Shown: piece after piece, positions 58,825 to 64,000 of the stretch
Layout of the letters: each line of letters begins with the position of its first letter
Numbering within the stretch: the first letter of the stretch is position 1
DNA from: Fidelibacterota bacterium
Lineage (GTDB): Bacteria; Fidelibacterota; Marinisomatia; Marinisomatales; TCS56
Direction of reading: 5' to 3'
DNA length: 64,000 bases
Assembly: GCA_043822705.1 (NCBI GenBank)
Contig: JBDRBK010000115.1
Coordinates: 1 to 64,000, forward strand
Notes under the pieces: model-generated
The model's input: the letters and a program-made list of their open reading frames with translations, nothing else
Database searches by the model: none
What the model was told of the DNA's origin: nothing
Program-made: the position numbers and the translations under genes

Positions 58825-61116
58825 TTGAACAGGAATACGGTGAGTAAGGATTTCAAATATATCGGTCGGTCGGTCCCCCGGGTCGACGCCGCCGGCAAGG
58901 TAACCGGCCGGACCCGCTTTGTCACCGATGAATTCTTGGATCGGATGGTCCATGCCTACCCGTTTTATTCCGCCATTCCGTTCGGTCGGGTGACGGCCAT
59001 CGATATTGCACCGGCAGCCTCGCAACCGGGAATTCTGGGCGTGCTGACCGCTCGCGATATCCCTGGGAAAAATCAGGTGGGGGTCATTATCGAGGATCAG
59101 CCGCTACTGGCCGATCCGGTGGTGCGCTTCGTCGGCGATACGATCGGGATCGTCGTAGCCGAGACCGCAGTCGCCGCCCGCCGGGCCGCCCGCCTGGTGA
59201 TGGTGCAGTACGAAGAATTCGAACCGATTTTCTCGATCGCTGAAAGCAAAGCCGCCACCGGTAATTTTATCCACGATTCCAATGTGGCCTGTCGCCACCG
59301 GGTCGATAAAGGCGATATCGAAGCCGGTTTCGCTTCCGCCGACCAAATCATCGAGGCCGATTTCGTCACGCCGTTTCAGGAACATTATTACCTGGAACCA
59401 CAGGGTTGTATCGTCATCCCGGAAGATGACGGCAGCGTCACGGTCCACGGTTCGATCCAGTGCATTTATTATGTCCAGAAAGCAGTGGCCCGGGTACTGG
59501 GAATTCCCTTCAGCAAAGTCCGGGTGGTCCAGTCGCCGATCGGCGGCGGCTTCGGCGGCAAGGAGGATATTCCATCGGAGCTCTGCGCCCGTGCCGCGTT
59601 AGCGGCCGTAAAATTCAATCGGCCGGTAAAAATGGTATACAACCGCCGCGACGACGTGCAACTTACCAGCAAACGGCACCCGTTTCAGATTCATTTCAAG
59701 GTCGGCGTCACCAATGACGGCCGTTTGCTGGCGGCCGATATCCGGCTGGAAGAGAACTCCGGCGCCTACGCCACTTTGTCGACCGTCGTATCCTCCCGCA
59801 GCACGATTCACGCCATGGGACCCTACGTGATTCCCAATATCCGGGTGCGCTCGACCGCCTGGTACACCAACCTGCCCACCACCGGCGCCTTCCGTGGTTT
59901 CGGTTCGCCCCAGGCCACTTTCGGTCACGAGCGGATGCTGGACATCATCGCCGACAGCCTGGGTATCGATCCGGTGGAACTGCGGCTGAAAAACGTGCTG
60001 CGAACCGGCGACCTGACCCAGACCGGCCAGAAATTATCCGTCAGTGTGGGTGCGGAAGAGACGATTACCCGCAGCCGGGACCGCTCGGATTGGAACGCCG
60101 TTCGCTCGGCTCGGACGTCCGCCGGGCGCTACCTGAGCGGCATCGGGATCGCCGCCTCCCATTACGGCAATTGCCTGGGTGCCGCCGGCTGGGCGCTGGA
60201 CGGGGCCGGCGCCAAAATCCAGATTCGCCGTGATGGTTCGGTGGCTGTTGCTTATGGACTGGCCGAGATGGGCCAGGGCGCCCTGACCGCCGTGACCCAG
60301 ATGACGGCCGAGGCGCTGGGGATCGATTCCGGCCGGATTACCGTGCCTGCGCCGAGTACTGACCTGGTACCGGACAGCGGTCCCGGCGTCGCCAGCCGCA
60401 ATGTGGTCATGACCGGCAACGCGATTCGTGATGCCGCCGCCAAACTGGCGCCGATCCTGAAAACCGCCGCCGCTGCCATGCTGGAAACCGATCCGGAAAA
60501 AATTACGATTGCCGGCGACCGGATTCTGGTCGACGAGACCGAAAAATCCGACTTCGGCACCCTGGCCGATTACCTGTTCACCGGCAATTACCAGATGGAT
60601 ATGCTGGGCTGGTGGCACGTGCCGGCGCTGAATTACGATCCGGAAAAGGGGATCGGCGAGGCCTATTTTACCTATTCCTACGCCACCCATGTGGCTAAGG
60701 TGCGGGTGGATCGCCTGACAGGGCTGGTCCACGTGGACAAAATCTGGGCTGCCCATGATATCGGTCAGGCCATCAATCCCGCCGGACTGGAGGGGCAGGT
60801 GGAAGGTGGTACGACCCAGGGCATCGGTTGGGCTTTGACCGAACAGTTCAAATTTGACCGCGGCCGGGTGCTGACCGGAAATCTTTCGACCTATTTATTG
60901 CCCACGGCCGCCGATGTAGGCGAGGTGGAAACGATCCTGGTGGAAGCCGCTGAACCGCTGGGTCCCTGGGGCGCCAAGGGTATCGGCGAACCGGCGGTGA
61001 TTCCCACGGCGGCGGCAATTGCCAACGCCGTCAGCCACGCCATCGGCGTGCAGTTGAATGAGATTCCGTTGACACCCGAAAAAGTGTTGGCCGCCATCGA
61101 AGGGAGAGACCGCTGA
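58825..61116 (+). CDS. Xanthine dehydrogenase-family molybdopterin-binding subunit
   Basis: 'GGGFGGK', 'GAFRGFGSPQ', 'EMGQG', 'GQVEGG', 'GAKGIGEP'. Confidence 0.95.
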   Translation: MNRNTVSKDFKYIGRSVPRVDAAGKVTGRTRFVTDEFLDRMVHAYPFYSAIPFGRVTAIDIAPAASQPGILGVLTARDIPGKNQVGVIIEDQPLLADPVVRFVGDTIGIVVAETAVAARRAARLVMVQYEEFEPIFSIAESKAATGNFIHDSNVACRHRVDKGDIEAGFASADQIIEADFVTPFQEHYYLEPQGCIVIPEDDGSVTVHGSIQCIYYVQKAVARVLGIPFSKVRVVQSPIGGGFGGKEDIPSELCARAALAAVKFNRPVKMVYNRRDDVQLTSKRHPFQIHFKVGVTNDGRLLAADIRLEENSGAYATLSTVVSSRSTIHAMGPYVIPNIRVRSTAWYTNLPTTGAFRGFGSPQATFGHERMLDIIADSLGIDPVELRLKNVLRTGDLTQTGQKLSVSVGAEETITRSRDRSDWNAVRSARTSAGRYLSGIGIAASHYGNCLGAAGWALDGAGAKIQIRRDGSVAVAYGLAEMGQGALTAVTQMTAEALGIDSGRITVPAPSTDLVPDSGPGVASRNVVMTGNAIRDAAAKLAPILKTAAAAMLETDPEKITIAGDRILVDETEKSDFGTLADYLFTGNYQMDMLGWWHVPALNYDPEKGIGEAYFTYSYATHVAKVRVDRLTGLVHVDKIWAAHDIGQAINPAGLEGQVEGGTTQGIGWALTEQFKFDRGRVLTGNLSTYLLPTAADVGEVETILVEAAEPLGPWGAKGIGEPAVIPTAAAIANAVSHAIGVQLNEIPLTPEKVLAAIEGRDR

Positions 61117-62441
61117 TGGATCTGATTCTGACCAACGGCCGGATCGCCAGTCCCGGTACCAATCCCGGGCTGATCGAGGAAGGTTTTATTGCTATCCAGG
61201 ATGGCGTGATCGTCGCCGTCGGCGCCGCGTTGCCGGAAGGCCTGTCCGCCGGACAGGTCGTCGATCTGGCCGGTAAACTGGTGTTGCCGGGCATGATCAA
61301 CGCTCACACCCATTTATATTCGGCTCTGGCCTTGGGGATGCCCTGGCCGGCGGCGCCACCGCAGAATTTCGTCGAGAAACTGCAGAAAATCTGGTGGCGG
61401 CTGGACCGAGCCCTCGATACAGAATCCACCCGCGCCTCGTTTGCGGCGGGACTGTTGGATTGCCTCCACAGCGGGGTGACCACGGTGATCGACCACCATT
61501 CCAGTCAGAATTTCATCGGCGGCTCGCTGGAGCTGCTGGCGGAAGTGGCCGAAACCATCGGAATCAATGTGGCGGCGGCCTTCGAAATCACCGATCGCAA
61601 CGGTCCCGCCGGATTCCAGGCCGGACTGCAAGAAAACCTCGATTTTTTTAATAATTATCGCAATCACCCCAACATCCGGCCGCTGATCGGTTTGCATGCA
61701 TCATTCACCCTGTTGGACGAGTCGTTGGCGACAATTCGCCGGACCCTGGGTGATGATTGTGATTGGGGTGTTCATATCCACGTTTCCGAAGATCAGGCCG
61801 ACGAAACCGACGCCCGCAATCGTGGCTACCGCTCGGTGATCGACCGCCTGCAAGCCTTCGATCTGATCAATCAGTGCAGCCTGATTATTCACGGTCTTCA
61901 CATGCCGCCGGAGGATGTGGATATTCTGGCGCAGACCGGTGCCCTGCTGGTGCATAATCCCACCTCGAATGCCAACAACCGGGTCGGCATTTTGAGTGCC
62001 GCTACCGTCAACAGATTAAAAGCCGGACTAGGTACCGACGGCATGCAGGCCAATCTGCTGAACGAGGCCAAGGAAGGTACCCTGATCCGCAGCCACAGTC
62101 TGACGGGCGGGGCCGACAACCTGGATTACAGCCAACTCTTGTTCGATCACAATCCGGCGATCGCCTCGCGAATCTTCGGGCGGTCGATCGGCAAAATCCA
62201 GGTGGGGGCTTCCGCCGATCTGGCGATCTATGATTATTCCCCCCGGACGGAACTGTCCGCCGCCAATCTGAGCGGCCACCTGCTGTTCGGGCTGGATCGG
62301 CCCGAAGCGGTCATTATCAACGGAAAGTTTAAACTGCGTGACCGGCAATGCGTCACGCTCGACGAAGATGAACTACTGCACAAAGCGCGGTTCCAGTCAC
62401 GGAAATTATGGGCCGCCATGGAACAATTAACTGTGAGATGA
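61116..62441 (+). CDS. ssnA: SsnA-like aminohydrolase
   Basis: '[15 protein letters not shown]', 'IWWRLDRAL', 'TVIDHHSS', 'GLHASFTL', 'HNPTSNANN'. Confidence 0.85.
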   Translation: MDLILTNGRIASPGTNPGLIEEGFIAIQDGVIVAVGAALPEGLSAGQVVDLAGKLVLPGMINAHTHLYSALALGMPWPAAPPQNFVEKLQKIWWRLDRALDTESTRASFAAGLLDCLHSGVTTVIDHHSSQNFIGGSLELLAEVAETIGINVAAAFEITDRNGPAGFQAGLQENLDFFNNYRNHPNIRPLIGLHASFTLLDESLATIRRTLGDDCDWGVHIHVSEDQADETDARNRGYRSVIDRLQAFDLINQCSLIIHGLHMPPEDVDILAQTGALLVHNPTSNANNRVGILSAATVNRLKAGLGTDGMQANLLNEAKEGTLIRSHSLTGGADNLDYSQLLFDHNPAIASRIFGRSIGKIQVGASADLAIYDYSPRTELSAANLSGHLLFGLDRPEAVIINGKFKLRDRQCVTLDEDELLHKARFQSRKLWAAMEQLTVR

Positions 62442-63676
62442 AAATGGATTTTATGAAAATCAAACACCAGGCCGAATTTTACCGGTTCGACATGGTCCGC
62501 TTTCTGCGGGACATGATCGCGATTCCCGGTGAAAGCGGCCAGGAGGCAGCGGTGATTAAACGGGCCGCCGAGGAAATGGAAAAAGTCGGCTTCGACCGCA
62601 TCGAGATCGACGATTTCGGCAACCTGCGCGGCTGGCTGGGGCATGGCAAACACCTGATTGCCATGGACGGCCATATCGACACGGTAGGCGTCGGCAATCG
62701 TGCCAACTGGGAGTTCGATCCCTATTCCGGTAAAGAGGATGATGACTGTGTCTATGGTCGCGGCGCCTCCGATCAGGAAGGCGGGATTGCAGCGATGGTC
62801 TATGCCGGAAAAATTATCAAGGACCTGGGTCTGGAGGATGACTATACCCTGGTGGTAACGGCCACGATCCAGGAAGAGGACTGTGACGGTCTTTGCTGGC
62901 AGTATATCATCGATAAGACCGGACTGCGGCCGGAGTTCGTGGTGATCAGCGAACCGACCTCGTGCCGGGTCTACCGCGGCCAGCGCGGCCGGATGGAAAT
63001 CAAGGTCAGCACCAGCGGAATCAGCGCCCACGGTTCGGCGCCGGAACGGGGCGATAACGCTATTTACAAGATGGCGCCGATCCTGGCCGAACTGGAGCAG
63101 TTGAACGGTCGCCTGGCCGATCACGATTTTCTGGGCAAGGGATCGCTGACAGTGTCGGAAATTTTCTTTTCGTCACCCTCGCGCTGCGCCGTGGCCGATG
63201 GCTGCTCGATCTCGATCGACCGACGCCTGACCTTCGGCGAAACCATGGAATCGGCCCTGGCCGAAATCCGGTCCCTGCCGGCGGTCCAAAAAGCCGGTGC
63301 CGAAGTGGCGCTCTACGATTACGACCGGCCGTCCTATCGCGGCGTCCGCTACCCGACCGCCTCCTATTTTCCGACCTGGTTGATCGACGCCGATCATCCC
63401 GCCACCCGGACCGTGGTGGATGCTTACCGCGGACTGTTCGGCAACGAACCGCTGGTCGACAAATGGACATTTTCCACCAACGGTGTAGCAATCATGGGCA
63501 AGTACGGGATTCCCTGCATCGGTTTCGGTCCCGGCCACGAAGACCAGGCCCACGCTCCCAACGAGCGCACCTGGAAAGAAGAGCTGGTCACCGCCGCCGC
63601 CGTCTACGCCACCATCCCCAAAATTTATGTGAACAATTATGCTGCTGGTGCCAAAACCGGAAGCGAGCTGGAGTAA
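62438..63676 (+). CDS. ygeY: YgeY-family selenium metabolism-linked M20 hydrolase
   Basis: 'DGHIDTVG', '[10 protein letters not shown]', '[12 protein letters not shown]', '[10 protein letters not shown]', 'KWTFSTNGV'; ATGA overlap with ssnA. Confidence 0.92.
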   Translation: MKMDFMKIKHQAEFYRFDMVRFLRDMIAIPGESGQEAAVIKRAAEEMEKVGFDRIEIDDFGNLRGWLGHGKHLIAMDGHIDTVGVGNRANWEFDPYSGKEDDDCVYGRGASDQEGGIAAMVYAGKIIKDLGLEDDYTLVVTATIQEEDCDGLCWQYIIDKTGLRPEFVVISEPTSCRVYRGQRGRMEIKVSTSGISAHGSAPERGDNAIYKMAPILAELEQLNGRLADHDFLGKGSLTVSEIFFSSPSRCAVADGCSISIDRRLTFGETMESALAEIRSLPAVQKAGAEVALYDYDRPSYRGVRYPTASYFPTWLIDADHPATRTVVDAYRGLFGNEPLVDKWTFSTNGVAIMGKYGIPCIGFGPGHEDQAHAPNERTWKEELVTAAAVYATIPKIYVNNYAAGAKTGSELE

Positions 63677-63678
63677 CT

Positions 63679-64000
63679 ATGAAATTTGATAAGGAATTGA
63701 TCGATCGGCTGAAAGGCAAGCATTTCATCACCCTGCAGGACTGGTCCAAAGCGGACATCGATGCCCTGCTGGAACTTTCCGCCGACCTGAAACAGAAATT
63801 CAAGACCGGTGAAATCACCGATTACCTGAAAAATCAGACCGTATTTCTGATGTTCTTCGAGCAGTCCACCCGCACCCGCAATTCCATGGAGGCGGGTATC
63901 ACCCAGTTAGGCGGGCATGCTCATTACCTGGACACCAGCACGATGCAGATATCCCACGGCGAATCGCCCAAGGACACGGCGGTGATTTTATCCCGCTACG
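63679..64000 (+). CDS. Ornithine carbamoyltransferase-family protein, 3'-partial
   Basis: Own translation MKFDKELIDRLKGKHFITLQDW...FFEQSTRTRNSMEAGITQLGG...HGESPKDTAVILSRY; runs off the window. Confidence 0.85.
   Translation, partial: MKFDKELIDRLKGKHFITLQDWSKADIDALLELSADLKQKFKTGEITDYLKNQTVFLMFFEQSTRTRNSMEAGITQLGGHAHYLDTSTMQISHGESPKDTAVILSRY

Overview
Bacterial genomic DNA, most likely from a non-Bacteroidetes FCB-group lineage (inferred from a PorV-family gene and proteins ending in 'NYPNPFNP...K.MLLK' sorting domains). (1) 1-19.2 kb: a co-directional carbohydrate locus with PorV, a large secreted LamG protein, several unclassified (alpha/alpha)6-type enzymes, a sugar ABC transporter, GH130, GH63-like and GH32. 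(2) ~19.57 kb: a head-to-head join of two 5'-truncated genes. (3) 21.8-29.6 kb: a liv-type ABC operon containing a repeat-flanked DUF559 insert, then an AT-rich segment with an IS110 element nested in the terminal inverted repeat of an IS256 element, an orphan vsr and tRNA-fMet. (4) 30-42 kb: hydrolases, three M3-like peptidases and a sigma factor. (5) 42.5-64 kb: a dispersed selenium/molybdenum purine-catabolism gene set (hydA-like, xdhC, yqeB, yqeC, mocA-like, ade, xdh, ssnA, ygeY, a carbamoyltransferase), interleaved with accessory genes and a 19 x 21-bp repeat array. The best finding is the IS110 3' non-coding region. It can be read directly as a two-loop bridge/seek RNA whose four guide segments match the IS256 inverted repeat (target) and the element's own circle junction (donor) around a duplicated CT core. 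All calls come from reading motifs by eye; no searches were run.
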